Shown in pieces: positions 36,020 through 49,084 of a DNA stretch of 64,000 nucleotides. The position numbers and the translations under genes are program-made. How positions within the stretch are numbered: position 1 is the stretch's first letter; the number at the start of each line of letters is the position of its first letter. The DNA lies in the NCBI GenBank assembly GCA_964016885.1, contig OZ024743.1, positions 53,010,001 to 53,074,000 on the forward strand, written 5' to 3'. This DNA is from Eledone cirrhosa. Taxonomy: Eukaryota. Under the pieces are notes generated by a model that saw only the letters and a program-made list of their open reading frames with translations, was not told the origin of the DNA and made no database searches.

Positions 36020-37862
36020 AAAATTTACGAAATGGAAATGCGGGTATATAGAATTTATTAGGTAACAATTGTTTCTATAGTGTATGAGTTACCTATACCT
36101 CGCTATTTGAATAATACACAAATATTATCAAAAACCGAAAGTACACTGTAAGCCAACACACCATGTCATCAGACCTTTGTATTAGAATGATATGAAAATA
36201 TTTTATACACTAGATAAAAGATAAAGAAGGAGGTAGGAAGAGAAGGGGAAGAGGGAAGTGAGTAAGGTGGAGGGAGTCTTAGGGTTTAAGACTGTCAGAC
36301 TAGTAGAGATTGTGAAGAGAGAATGTTTTGGCAGCAGTTAGCTTAATGAGGCGTGCTAAGGTTGGTTGGGAAGTAGATTCTTCTAGTGGTGCTGTTCGGA
36401 CAAAATTTAGTTAGAGGGGTCAAAGTGGTACAATGTCATAGACAAGTTATTAGGGCTATTATAGTAGAGGTTATTTCTAAAGGGGTCCAGAAAAACAGTG
36501 TTTAGTACTATTATTATAGAAAGCCATATCTAGTGTATAAACATATAAGACAGAAATTTGCGTAAAACGTTGGTGTAAAAAGGTAACATTATAAGCATTT
36601 AAAAAAAGAAAAAGTCGTTTTCAAACGATGGTTACAGTATAGAGAACGTTCAATTTTGCTGTTCAAAAGTTTGTTTACCGACGTTAAAATGCAGTATATC
36701 TCTAAATTGCATAACTTGCAGAATCGATGATTTTGCTGATATGCAGGCGCAGCTGCAATAATTTGCCAATCAAGGGAGAACGCTTGATTGTTCCTCCGAA
36801 GCTGCCAGGCTTTATCGGCGAGGGTTGTTACGGAGCGCATTTTCTCGTGCCTGATCGAAGATCGATGTTGGTATAGGCGACCCTTGAAAGAAGTTGCGGT
36901 ACATCCGACGTAATACCATTTGTTGGTCCCGGAATTTATTGTACACCGGTAGACAATATTGCGTGCTAGGCACTGGTTATTCAGTGGGCACGTACCTGGT
37001 TTGGTGCAGTTACAACTATTTTTATGTTTTGCAGTAGAATCCTGGATTGTTTGGTGGGGTTGTGGTTGCGTGTTAGTGCGTTGCATGTTGCTATGCTGGT
37101 GCGCTGAGTCATTAGGGATGTACTTATTCAGTATTGCTGAGTTGAGTTTTCTAATTAGTTGTTCTATGTTAGGTGCAGTGGAGTATGAGAGTCTAATGGT
37201 GCGCGAGTTAAAGATTTTATAGTATTTATGTGAAGTTGTAAAGTGTTTATTGATTATTGTATAGAATTGTGAGATAATCTTAGTGCTAATAGAAGAATTG
37301 TACACGGGGTTATACCATATGTACTCTCTACGTCTGACTCTATTTGCTGGTTTGCACCTGTTAGTATGCCTATTGATGTGTGTGTGTGGTGCAATACTAG
37401 TTCGACTTAGATGTGTTTTATTCATAGTACTTATGTGGTTATCGTCTAGATATTCAATTTTCTCGCAGTAACCAGCTTTTCTAAGTGCGTCATTATAATA
37501 TTCAGCATGCTCGTTGAAGGTCTGCAAATTAGACGACAGTCGGGAGATCCTTATGGATATATTTTTAGGGATAGATTTAATAATGGAATGAGGATGGTTC
37601 GATTTTACATTAACGTACTTAAGATTTTCATTAAGTTTGTGAAATGGCTCTATATTACCGTTATTAAGGTTGAAGGTGACATCCAAGAAGTTGACCACCT
37701 TAAGATTGTGTTCAAAGGTAATATTAAGCCCTAGTTCTAAGAAAAGTTTCCTAATGTTTTTACGTCGCCTTTCTAGGTTTTGTTTGTTCATATTCTTGAC
37801 TAATAGAAGTGTATCGTCGCGGTATATTTCGCCGTGGAGGTCCGTAAATTCGCTCTAGAGTC
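36016..37862 (-). mobile_element. Naiad-type PLE, 5'-truncated at RT motif C, flanked by (TA)n; HHR at 36060-36176
   Basis: GEIYRDD just upstream of the ORF start; aggt-CTGATGA-catggtgtg...tacactata-GAAAC-AATT-GTT-acct-AATAAA. Confidence 0.87.
36589..37791 (-). CDS. PLE RT C-terminus + CxCx5Cx5C + GIY-YIG (400 aa, partial)
   Basis: VNFLDVTFNL, CNCTKPGTCPLNNQC, IVY...YVG...FKGR. Confidence 0.85.
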   Translation of the reverse strand: MNKQNLERRRKNIRKLFLELGLNITFEHNLKVVNFLDVTFNLNNGNIEPFHKLNENLKYVNVKSNHPHSIIKSIPKNISIRISRLSSNLQTFNEHAEYYNDALRKAGYCEKIEYLDDNHISTMNKTHLSRTSIAPHTHINRHTNRCKPANRVRRREYIWYNPVYNSSISTKIISQFYTIINKHFTTSHKYYKIFNSRTIRLSYSTAPNIEQLIRKLNSAILNKYIPNDSAHQHSNMQRTNTQPQPHQTIQDSTAKHKNSCNCTKPGTCPLNNQCLARNIVYRCTINSGTNKWYYVGCTATSFKGRLYQHRSSIRHEKMRSVTTLADKAWQLRRNNQAFSLDWQIIAAAPAYQQNHRFCKLCNLEIYCILTSVNKLLNSKIERSLYCNHRLKTTFSFFKCL

Positions 37863-38689
37863 TATATATATATATATATATATAGTAATAATAATAAATT
37901 TGAAGACTAAAATCCAAAGAGGGCTCGATAAGGATAAATATATATCAAATATATAAGAACCCTAGACCAAATATTTATTAAAATAACAGATTAAACTTTA
38001 AGAAAAGAATCGCTGTTTTCACTCTTAACGGGATCTTCTGAAGATCCCGTTAAGGGTGAAAGCGGAATCTGTGTTTGATTTCGGTTTATATTCTGATAGT
38101 AGCAGAGCTCCCATAGGTTGTCCGCTTTCTTTTCAGTGGATTTCAAAATAGAATTATAGTGTGATCGACTAATGTACTTTTACCATTTTGTTTTTTGCAT
38201 ATATAAAACTTTTATAGAGTGCTCTTTGGATTTTGGTCTTCCCAGCCTCGGACATTTCTTCAGTGTCGACTGATCTGACATCTGAATCACTTGCTAACGA
38301 CTCCATTTTCCGGAAACGGAGGCGGGAAGGGGGGGGGGGACACTCGGAGTTACAGTTAAGCACCTCCCAGCCTTTTAAATTTATAGAAAAGCACCTGCTG
38401 GGGACCGCGAAATCAATTTTTTTCCCAAGCTTTTTCATGTATTTTCAACTAATTTGACCTCCGACATACTTGCATTCGCCTTCTTTTCCAAAAATTGGAA
38501 TTGGTTAGGCGGGGTGAATTCTCGGGTTTTCCCAGCCTGGGAGGTTTCTTCAGTGAGAATAACAGGCGAGAAGGGAAGGGCAACTCGGAGTCACAGATAA
38601 GCTCCTCTCAGCCGTTTATATTTATAGAAAAACAATTCCTTGATACTGAAAGATGTTTTGAACAACCAATCCAACGAGGATTAGCTGTA

Positions 38690-39560
38690 TAAAAGAGCAA
38701 TCCTTGCCTTCTTAAACAGCACAGTGAATGCCACCAACAAAGATCTCTCACAAATGATCCCTGGAGGTAACCAGAGCTATAAATCTTTCAAAGTTGTCGA
38801 CGAGGACAAAGCTGTCCATTATCCGTTAAATTTCTCAACAGTCTGGAACTGTCTGGTATGTTGTCTTGAACTGTCTGGAACTGTCTGGTATGCTGTCTGG
38901 AACTGTCTTGTATGTTGCCACACTATTGAAGAAGGTCTGGAACCATCTGGTATGCTGCCACACAAGAAGGGGACAGTCATCATGCTTCTCAGAAAACTAG
39001 ACCAGTCAAGTTTGTGCAATGGGACATGTATGGTTGTGACTGAACTACAGCCTCACACTATCGAAGCCAATATCCTCACTGGATGTAGTAAGGGAGACAT
39101 CGTATTTATACTTAGTATACCACTAATACCAACAGATGTCCTAGTAGACTGCTAATATCAACAGATGTCCTAGTATACTGACAATACCATCAGATGTCCT
39201 AGTATACCGATAATACCAACATATGTCCTAATATACCGCCAATACCAACAGATGTCCTAGTATACCCATAATACCAACTGATGTCCTAGTATACCGCCAA
39301 TACCAACATATGTCCTAAAATACCGAAAATACCAACAGATGTCCCCCTTTTGTTTTAAATAATTGCTATTCCCAATGAGACTCAGTTACATAATGACCAT
39401 TAACAAGTCCCAAGGTCCAACTATACAGGTTGTTGGTCTCCATCTAGAAGAGGGCTGTTTCTCACATGATATATAGGTTGTTACAGAATAGGAAGGCCCC
39501 ACAAACTCTTCTTATATACTTCAAAGAAAACAGTTAAAACATTCTATAAACTGAGGTTCT
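38690..39560 (+). pseudogene. Helitron PIF1-type helicase C-terminal relic, interrupted by a 29-bp minisatellite (39112-39345)
   Basis: RAILA...SGMLPH...IMLLR...LCNGT...IPLIPTD, resuming after the repeat as PF...FPMRLSYIMTINKSQG...VGLHL...CFSH. Confidence 0.8.
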
Positions 39561-39765
39561 AATTTTCGTAGAATACATTTTTGTAGAAAACATTTTTCTA
39601 TTATTTTCTTTATTACTTCCTCTATTTATATATTTTAAATAAATATAATATTTAAATACCTTTTAACATCTTTTATTCTAAGGATATGGGTATTACGATA
39701 GATGACAATAGGTGCCTTATGAATATATTTGAGCACAGTACAGACTGGGGAAAAGGCCGGGAGGC

Positions 39766-39836
<71 letters not shown>

Positions 39837-39953
39837 AGAAAGTATGACCCCAAGTGGGGGGTCATACTTTCTCCTATTACCCACTCTACTACCCTAAGTA
39901 TTGAGTACTCTGGTGCGTTATGGTCCATCTGGTTCCTTACCACAACTCCTTCG

Positions 39954-39989
<36 letters not shown>

Positions 39990-39991
<2 letters not shown>

Positions 39992-40325
39992 AGGGAGTGT
40001 AACTTAGAGTTACTGTAGGTTCACCCGGGTGAGCACTGGATGTTGAGGTTCACTTCAGTGTCGAGGTGTCAAGCTAGACAGAGTGTATTATAGGGAAATA
40101 AAATAACAAGGACGATTGGTTACTCCTTTATTACGTTTATTGGTTGGTGACGCGTGTTTTGCCACTGATCAGCTCAAGGTTCGATCTGTATCGATCTAAC
40201 CCGATTCTGTAATCCGCGGCTCGTCAGACCCCTTGTAATGGCAATGGAAAAATGAATATACATACCGTATGAGAAAGTCTGATGTTCCTATGGTGGTCAG
40301 TGAAGTTTGTTTTGATTGGTGGGTT
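39990..40325 (-). mobile_element. Solo pLTR with degenerate HHR (40146-40232)
   Basis: ggt-CTGACGA-gcc...ggc-(G>A)AAAC-acgc-GTC-acc then AATAAA; flanked by (TA)n. Confidence 0.55.
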
Positions 40326-40329
40326 AATA

Positions 40330-40360
<31 letters not shown>

Positions 40361-40361
<1 letters not shown>

Positions 40362-41216
40362 CAATATGTTGAAAAGGTAACACACCAGAGAGAGGTATAC
40401 AGTGCGCTATCAATAAAACAGGGGAAAAACCACCAGTGTATGGAATCTATAACCTATGAAAGGCAGACTATAGACACGATAATTAAAAATATAAATTAAA
40501 GCGTAAATAAATGCCTCTATAACTATATAACACACATACAAATCCAAAGATACTAATCCAAAGATATGTTTCACCAGTAATTTGTTGAAAGAAATGGGTT
40601 AGCCTCGGTTCATCAGCGTGTGTAAGGCTATACATTTCAGACAACACTAAGAGAATTTTAAAAGTGACTCTCCAGCTACACGTGGGAGAGAGAAGTCACA
40701 GCGTGTCTAAGGGCAGTGAACCAGTGACCTCTGAGGGACGAACTGCTAGACAGGGAGGCCCAAAGCCACTCAGAGAAGTGTGCTCAACCAAACAGATGTA
40801 GGAAAGACTGTTATTAGGAGCGAAATATCACGATAAATTAACGGAGGCATAGGCCCTCGCGATTCCCTGTAAATAATGTGCTCAAAGGAGAAGAAATCCT
40901 GAGCTCTTTAAAATACAATATGTTGAAAAGGTAACACACCAGAGAGAGATATATAGTGCGCTATCAATAAAACAGGGGAAAAACCACCAGTGTATGGAAT
41001 CTATAACCTATGAAAGGCAGACTATAGACACGATAATTAAAAATATAAATTAAAGCGTAAATAAATACCTCTATAACTATAGCGCACTGTATACCTCTCA
41101 CTGGTGTGTTACCTTTTCAACATATTGTATTTTAAAGAGCTCAGGAATTCTTCTCCTTTGAGCACATTATTTACAGGGAATGGCGAGGGCCTATGCCTCC
41201 GTTAATTTATCGTGGT
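40361..41216 (-). mobile_element. pLTR-derived element with 554-bp direct repeat, terminal inversion and degenerate HHR (40563-40620)
   Basis: 40361-40520 repeats at 40915-41080; 41082-41216 is inverted to ~40828-40965; CTGATGA-acc...ggt-GAAAC. Confidence 0.65.
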
Positions 41217-41239
41217 ATATATATATATATATATATAAA

Positions 41240-42455
41240 TTTGTATTGGTGTTCCTACATAGCAGTATACATATAAATATACGTAATGTATGTTGAATTA
41301 TATACGGGATGTTTATGAAAAACACTTGAAGGCCTTTCGCCTATTTTTAATATTGGGCATATGTAAGTTTCGCAAACAATTCATTATTTTTCATTTGTAT
41401 ATTTACTTTGTATCTAGTCCCTATCATTAGGACTCATGTAATTTTTACTTATATGTTTATAGTGTATATCAACTAAATGAAAATAATTGATATAAAACAT
41501 AAATTTTTTTAACTATATATATTTTGTGAACAATATTTTCAGTAACTTATTTACTATATTGTATTATTGTATTATATTATATTTGAAAGGTTTCACCTCA
41601 ATTATAAACAAATAATAAACTATAATCCTTGTATATTGTTTGATCAACACATATATATAATTAAAAATTCAGACCTCTTTAAGTTTAGTTATAAGGCCGG
41701 TTGATCTTTTAGGCACTCAAACTATTTAACAATAAATTCTTTAATAATTATAACTAGAATTATTTTATGAATTGTATTATATAAACTGTTGTCAATATTA
41801 TAAATAATTTTGGTAAAGATTACCTTCGTGAGGGTATAAAAGCATTATATATTTTCTTTCTCGTGTTTCGTAAATCCTTTAAATTTGTTTTCATAAAATT
41901 TGAATTTTAAAAATTAAACATAATTATATTAATACAAATACCTATTAACTTTTAAAACCTAAAATATTATTCATTACTCTGAAATAACTTAGATTAAATA
42001 TTTTGAATATTAACGGCCATCTATATTAATTTGGGTATATGGAAAATTGTATATAAACTTGAACATAAATTACTCCCCTTTGTCTCTCTCTCTCTCTTTA
42101 ATCATCTTTCATTTGTTTTTTCGAGCCACCTATTAAATATATTATCACATCAGCTGTTTCTTCCTCTATGCTTTCCTTTCCCTCATCTTTCTTCAGAAGT
42201 TTTAAAAAAAAAAATTTTTTTAACTGTTAAATTGATACCATGTATTTTTTAAACTGTATTACACGCACCCTCTCTATTGTTTGTATTATGTTATCTCATG
42301 TTCTCAATATTAGGGTATAAATATTGAGTTTTGTCATAAGTTAATCACTACCATGACTGAATCTTAACCATCTACTATGTCAGGGTATGTCATGCATCAT
42401 CCTATTTTATCTGATGAGGACGTACTGTTAAACTTAACTCAGTACCGCTTTAAAA
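41240..42455 (+). mobile_element. AT-rich PLE 3' UTR ending in a disrupted HHR (42405-42455), related to 51560-51720
   Basis: ggtatgtcat...ttttatCTGATGAggacgtactg...cagtacc is shared with 51585-51650. Confidence 0.5.
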
Positions 42456-43035
42456 TAAATTTTTAAAAATTCACTGTACCTGCTATGGTTACCTTTACCG
42501 TACGGTTTCGAGTCTCAAAAATAAATGGATAGTCCTTACGGGCCTCCATTGAAAAGAAAAACTCTCATCAGAAGGTTCTTTTCACTCGGAGAATATAAAA
42601 TTCCCGAGTTCGAATTACGAACTGGCGCTATTCAAAATTGTTCCCGAGATGAGAATGAATGATGTGGAAGCAATTCTGTCCAGTGCCGTGTGCAAAGATA
42701 GAAGGCAGAGGCGGAGAGGTCAATCTACTATCACTATAAATAACAGCAGTCAAAACAACCAAATGTTATCTCGACCAGGGGGCGATTAATAATAATAAAG
42801 TATATATCCCTACACGCAAAATACATATAGGGACACATGTATTATCCAACCATATGCCAATGTGGTTCTATGGCAGGTTAATAAATTAACGAGCCAGAAC
42901 ATATATAATCAGGGTTTAGCAAATAAGAAAAAGTTTTAAAATAAATTTTAAAAAATTCACTGTACCTGCTATGGTTACCTTTACCGTACGGTTTCGAGTC
43001 TCAAAAATAAATCGATAGTCCTTACGGGCCTCCAT
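42456..43035 (-). mobile_element. pLTR/retrozyme-like unit (486-bp period) with intact HHR at 42492-42575
   Basis: cctt-CTGATGA-gagtttt...gagactc-GAAAC-CGTACG-GTA-aagg; 42456-42548 repeats at ~42941-43034. Confidence 0.75.
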
Positions 43036-43038
43036 ATA

Positions 43039-43078
<40 letters not shown>

Positions 43079-43189
43079 CACATACACACACACATACACA
43101 TCATATATATATATATATTAGAAAGTGAGGTTTTTTTACAAAATGAAATAAAAACGAGGTGTCCTACACGAGTGAAAGTATAAGGAAAA

Positions 43190-45329
43190 AAAAGGTGACG
43201 TGGTTGCCTTAACACCGTATGGCATAAATTCAGGCTGTTCAGTTTGTTTACAAACGAACAAAGCGACGTTAGCGCCGCTAAACTGATACGTGCATATATG
43301 TATGTGTACCTGTATGCATATGTATATATATATGTATATATATATATATATATGTGCGTGCTACTGTACGTCTGTATACATATATGTATGTACGTATACA
43401 TGCATACTTGCATTTAAGTAAGTGCCATACTAAGAGTGAGAAATGAAATTTCGTTTTCATTTTGTTTCAATTTATCGTTTTCGGTATGCCTGACCGATTT
43501 AACTCACTCAATATGCAAATTAGGCTGCTCAGCCGTTAATTTTCATAAGGAAAGTATATACTTTCGAACGTTCAACTATCTGGCAGATGGGTAAACGGTG
43601 CTGATGATAGCTAACAAGCTTGAAACTAGTACATCGTTCCTGTGTCAGTGTTGAACAAAAAGGTGACGTGGTTGCCTTAACACCGTATGGCATAAATTCA
43701 GGCTGTTCAGTTTGTTTACAAACGAACAAAGCGACGTTAGCGCCGCTAAACTGATACGTGCATATATGTATGTGTACCTGTATGCATATGTATATATATA
43801 TGTATATATATATATATATATGTGCGTGCTACTGTACGTCTGTATACATATATGTATGTACGTATACATGCATACTTGCATTTAAGTAAGTGCCATACTA
43901 AGAGTGAGAAATGAAATTTCGTTTTCATTTTGTTTCAATTTATCGTTTTCGGTATGCCTGACCGATTTAACTCACTCAATATGCAAATTAGGCTGCTCAG
44001 CCGTTAATTTTCATAAGGAAAGTATATACTTTCGAACGTTCAACTATCTGGCAGATGGGTAAACGGTGCTGATGATAGCTAACAAGCTTGAAACTAGTAC
44101 ATCGTTCCTGTGTCAGTGTTGAACAAAAAGGTGACGTGGTTGCCTTAACACCGTATGGCATAAATTCAGGCTGTTCAGTTTGTTTACAAACGAACAAAGC
44201 GACGTTAGCGCCGCTAAACTGATACGTGCATATATGTATGTGTACCTGTATGCATATGTATATATATATATATATATGTGCGTGCTACTGTACGTCTGTA
44301 TACATATATGTATGTACGTATACATGCATACTTGCATTTAAGTAAGTGCCATACTAAGAGTGAGAAATGAAATTTCGTTTTCATTTTGTTTCAATTTATC
44401 GTTTTCGGTATGCCTGACCGATTTAACTCACTCAATATGCAAATTAGGCTGCTCAGCCGTTAATTTTCATAAGGAAAGTATATACTTTCGAACGTTCAAC
44501 TATCTGGCAGATGGGTAAACGGTGCTGATGATAGCTAACAAGCTTGAAACTAGTACATCGTTCCTGTGTCAGTGTTGAACAAAAAGGTGACGTGGTTGCC
44601 TTAACACCGTATGGCATAAATTCAGGCTGTTCAGTTTGTTTACAAACGAACAAAGCGACGTTAGCGCCGCTAAACTGATACGTGCATATATGTATGTGTA
44701 CCTGTATGCATATGTATATATATATGTATATATATATATATATATGTGCGTGCTACTGTACGTCTGTATACATATATGTATGTACGTATACATGCATACT
44801 TGCATTTAAGTAAGTGCCATACTAAGAGTGAGAAATGAAATTTCGTTTTCATTTTGTTTCAATTTATCGTTTTCGGTATGCCTGACCGATTTAACTCACT
44901 CAATATGCAAATTAGGCTGCTCAGCCGTTAATTTTCATAAGGAAAGTATATACTTTCGAACGTTCAACTATCTGGCAGATGGGTAAACGGTGCTGATGAT
45001 AGCTAACAAGCTTGAAACTAGTACATCGTTCCTGTGTCAGTGTTGAACAAAAAGGTGACGTGGTTGCCTTAACACCGTATGGCATAAATTCAGGCTGTTC
45101 AGTTTGTTTACAAACGAACAAAGCGACGTTAGCGCCGCTAAACTGATACGTGCATATATGTATGTGTACCTGTATGCATATGTATATATATATGTATATA
45201 TATATATATATATGTGCGTGCTACTGTACGTCTGTATACATATATGTATGTACGTATACATGCATACTTGCATTTAAGTAAGTGCCATACTAAGAGTGAG
45301 AAATGAAATTTCGTTTTCATTTTGTTTCA

Positions 45330-45334
<5 letters not shown>
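43190..45334 (+). repeat. Tandem array of ~4.6 near-identical 468-bp retrozyme-like monomers
   Basis: Periods 468/456/468; monomers appear to differ only in an internal microsatellite; one HHR per unit. Confidence 0.9.
43596..43636 (+). ncRNA. Minimal type I hammerhead ribozyme (repeated at 44064-44104, 44520-44560, 44988-45028)
   Basis: cggtg-CTGATGA-tagct-aaca-agctt-GAAAC-TA-GTA^catcg: complete core, stems I and II, palindromic ACTAGT stem III. Confidence 0.85.
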
Positions 45335-45367
<33 letters not shown>

Positions 45368-45652
45368 TAGTATATATATAATATAATTGTTTCTATTTTT
45401 GGCACAAGGCCAGCAATTACCCAGTACATTACCGGTACTTTATTTTATCGACCCCGTAAGGATTAATATAATATTACATATTGGCAGTATCGGTAGAGGG
45501 TCGGATGTCATGCTTTGACGCATGGAGTTACGGCCCTTTCCATTCTGAGTTGAAATGCCGCCGAGTTCAACTTTGCCTTTCATCCTTACGGGGTCGATAA
45601 ATAAATTACCAGTAATGTATTGGGTATTTGCTGGCCCTGTGCCAAAAGTAGA

Positions 45653-45709
<57 letters not shown>

Positions 45710-46064
45710 GGTGGCTGCCAACTCGTTTTCGAGTACGGCCACTACTTTATATCCATGTAGGAGAACCCCTACCGATGCGCTGAACGAGTGTGTCTTTTTA
45801 GTCCAGCCAGCGACTTGAAAACTCTGGTACAAACACTACACTTGTGACAATTATTGACACATAGTGCTGGGCCCATGGTACCATGTGACGACAAGTGCAG
45901 AGAGATCTCCAGATATAAAACAATGCCTGTGCCGTGAAGCTTTTATAGTGAGCAAAGGCACTGCACAAAGCCAGTCCCACTCTCTTAAACAAGATGATAT
46001 TTACCAAAAAGAAGAACAAGTCAACATCATTGGATACCATCAGGGTTGCATATACATACATACA

Positions 46065-46100
<36 letters not shown>

Positions 46101-46104
46101 TATA

Positions 46105-46705
46105 TCAAAATGAAAATCCGAAGGCAAGGTAAAATTCCAATCATTTAATCACAACACATGTTTCAATAAGAGATAGATCGATTGTGAAGCCATGATCGAT
46201 TATCACTGATCTCATCAGGTGAAAATGAATTGTCTTCAAATTCTTGATATGAGGGAGAAGAATAACGATGTTCTCTCACATAATATGAGGGAATGAATTC
46301 TGTGAGAGAACATCGTTATTTTTCTCCCTCATATCAAGAATTTGAAGACAATTCATTTCCACCTAATGAGATCAGTGATAATCGATCATGGCTTCACACA
46401 AGTGACATGTGGTATCAGGTAGTGAAAGAAAATGGGGAAGTAAAATGTGGAATGTGAAGATATTAGGTAAGTGAATCAAAAAGTAGGGGGGGGGGTTCAC
46501 TGGTGGATGTGAAGTAAAAATAAAAATAAAATAAAAAATAAAATTAAAATTGAAAGTAAATCAGAAAAAGAAGTTTGTAAAGAGGATAATTTAAGGAAAG
46601 TGAAGAACAAGAGTTTATGGAGGATAAGTATATGAAAGTGAGTTAAGTTTATATGAGCTGGAAAGCAAGTGTGATTTCATGTGTGGGCAACTGGTGAAAA
46701 TTTCT

Positions 46706-46708
<3 letters not shown>
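46105..46708 (-). mobile_element. Fold-back pLTR with HHR (46149-46222), preceded by a possible PLE C-terminal remnant
   Basis: 46105-46398 is the reverse complement of 1537-1828; the minus frame near 46640-46708 reads TEIFTSCPH, resembling Naiad C-termini. Confidence 0.6.
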
Positions 46709-46743
<35 letters not shown>

Positions 46744-47054
46744 TTGTTATTAATTGTGACTGTGTATAATGTTTGATAAGCGAAACTTCTTTGAAAAGTC
46801 ACAATTTATAGCAAAGTAAGTTTAATGTATTTATTACACAAACTTATGAAACACTTACAAAACAAGAAAACATACACACGTACACCCGTACACACATGCA
46901 GACATACACACATACACCCAAACACCGAGACACACCCACTCACTTATATAGAAATAGAAAGACTTTAGAGAGACACACAGCGATGTCGTGTGATAGCAAT
47001 ATATATGTACACTCCCTCATTTAGTCACACTCGTATATATATATATATATATAC

Positions 47055-47243
47055 CTACATTTGTTTGACCTGTTTAGCTTGATTTGTTTTTTCGCTTAAC
47101 CATTTTTTCAGTTTGTATGGCGTTTTAACATATTGTTTAGCTCTAGCTTTCTTAACTATTGAGCGCTTGCCAGCATTTCTACGATTTTGCGTTTCGTTTC
47201 GCTTTTTCTACCAGCCGAAATACGATTGGCGCTGAATTATATT

Positions 47244-47245
<2 letters not shown>
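47055..47245. repeat. Unclassified dispersed repeat, related in inverted orientation to 63302-63590
   Basis: Shared caaatataa...aatcgtatttcggct...tggcaagcgctcaata. Confidence 0.55.
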
Positions 47246-47341
<96 letters not shown>

Positions 47342-47362
47342 CATATATATATATATATATAC

Positions 47363-47433
<71 letters not shown>

Positions 47434-47436
47434 TAC

Positions 47437-47501
<65 letters not shown>

Positions 47502-48613
47502 GCGAAGGAAGCGTGGTAAGGAACCAGGTGGACCATAACGCACCAAAGTACACAATACTTTGGGTAGTAGAGTGGATGATAGGAAAAGAGTCAGAACCCC
47601 GACGGCAGAGCTCAAGCCGTTTCGACAGCCATTTCTGGACTAAAAACATTTTTTAATGAATATTTCTTAGTCCAGAAACAGCTGTCGAAACGGCTTGAGC
47701 TCTGCCGTCGGGGTTCTGACTATTTTCCTGTATATATATATATATATATATACACACCCATCTCAACAGTAGATCGTCACGACTATCAGTTATGTCGGAC
47801 AGTGACGGCGAAACTTGTCTAACCTGTTTTTATGTTCCTCTGTTTATATATATGTATGTGTATATTTATAAGTATGTATATATGTATGTTTATATGTAAG
47901 TATATGTGTGTATGTATGTAGGCACTATGTATGTGTGCGTGTGTGTGAATGTATGTATGCATGTATGTGCGTACGTAGGCACATACGTTCGTACGAATGT
48001 ATGTATGTATGTGTGTATGTATGTACGATCGTATGTATGTATGTATGTATGTATATATGTACGATCGTATGTATGTATGTATGTTTATATGTAAGTATAT
48101 GTGTGTATGTATGTAGGCACTATGTATGTGTGTGTGTGTGTGTGTGTGTATGTGTGTGTGTGAATGTATGTATGCATGTATGTGCGTACATAGGCACATA
48201 CGTTCGTACGAATGTATGTATGTATGTATGTATGTATGTATGTATGTATGTATGTATGTATGTATGTATGTATGTATGTATGTTAGTGTGTGTGTATGTA
48301 TATATGTATGTATGTATGTATGTATGTACGATCGTATGTATGTATGTGATTGGCTCAGTACACAGTCTTTCCTCACTTTAAAAAATATCTTCACTCACAG
48401 GCATTGCACGATAGAATTAATAATTGTTAATAATGGTGTATCGTGCAATGGCCATACTCGATAACGAGGGGGCAGCCATCATCATCATGTATGTATGTAT
48501 GTATGTATGTATGTATGTATGTATGTATGTATGTATGTACGGTCGTATGTATGTATGTATGTATATGTACATGGTACCATGGGCCCAGCACTATGTGTCG
48601 GTAATTGTCACAA

Positions 48614-48869
48614 GTGTAGTGTTTGTACCAGTGTAGTGTTTGTACCAGTGTAGTGTTTGTACCAGTGTAGTGTTTGTACCAGTGTAGTGTTTGTACCAGA
48701 GTAGTGTTTGTACCAGTGTAGTGTTTGTACCAGTGTAGTGTTTGTACCAGTGTAGTGTTTGTACCAGTGTAGTGTTTGTACCAGAGTAGTGTTTGTACCA
48801 GTGTAGTGTTTGTACCAGAGTAGTGTTTGTACCAGTGTAGTGTTTGTACCAGAGTAGTGTTTGTACCAG
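48614..48869. repeat. 17-bp minisatellite (gtgtagtgtttgtacca), ~15 copies, expanded inside the TATG-flanked repeat
   Basis: The unit occurs once in the other copies (e.g. 1513-1529). Confidence 0.9.
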
Positions 48870-48970
48870 AGTTTTCAAGTCGCTGGCTGGACTAAAAAGT
48901 CACACTCGTTCAGCGCATCGGTAGGGGTTCTCCTACATGGATATAAAGTAGTGGCCACCATGTACGATGG

Positions 48971-49004
<34 letters not shown>

Positions 49005-49050
49005 TGTATGTATGTATGTATGTATGTATGTATGTATGTATGTACGATGG

Positions 49051-49084
<34 letters not shown>

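Noticed and set aside
38010-38070. HHR at hairpin CTGAAGA-tccc-gttaa-gggt-GAAA
   Set aside because: Stems I and III and the cleavage triplet cannot be formed; at most a fold-back remnant
47770-47822. HHR-like cgtcac...gtgacggcGAAACttGTC
   Set aside because: The CUGANGA half of the core is missing
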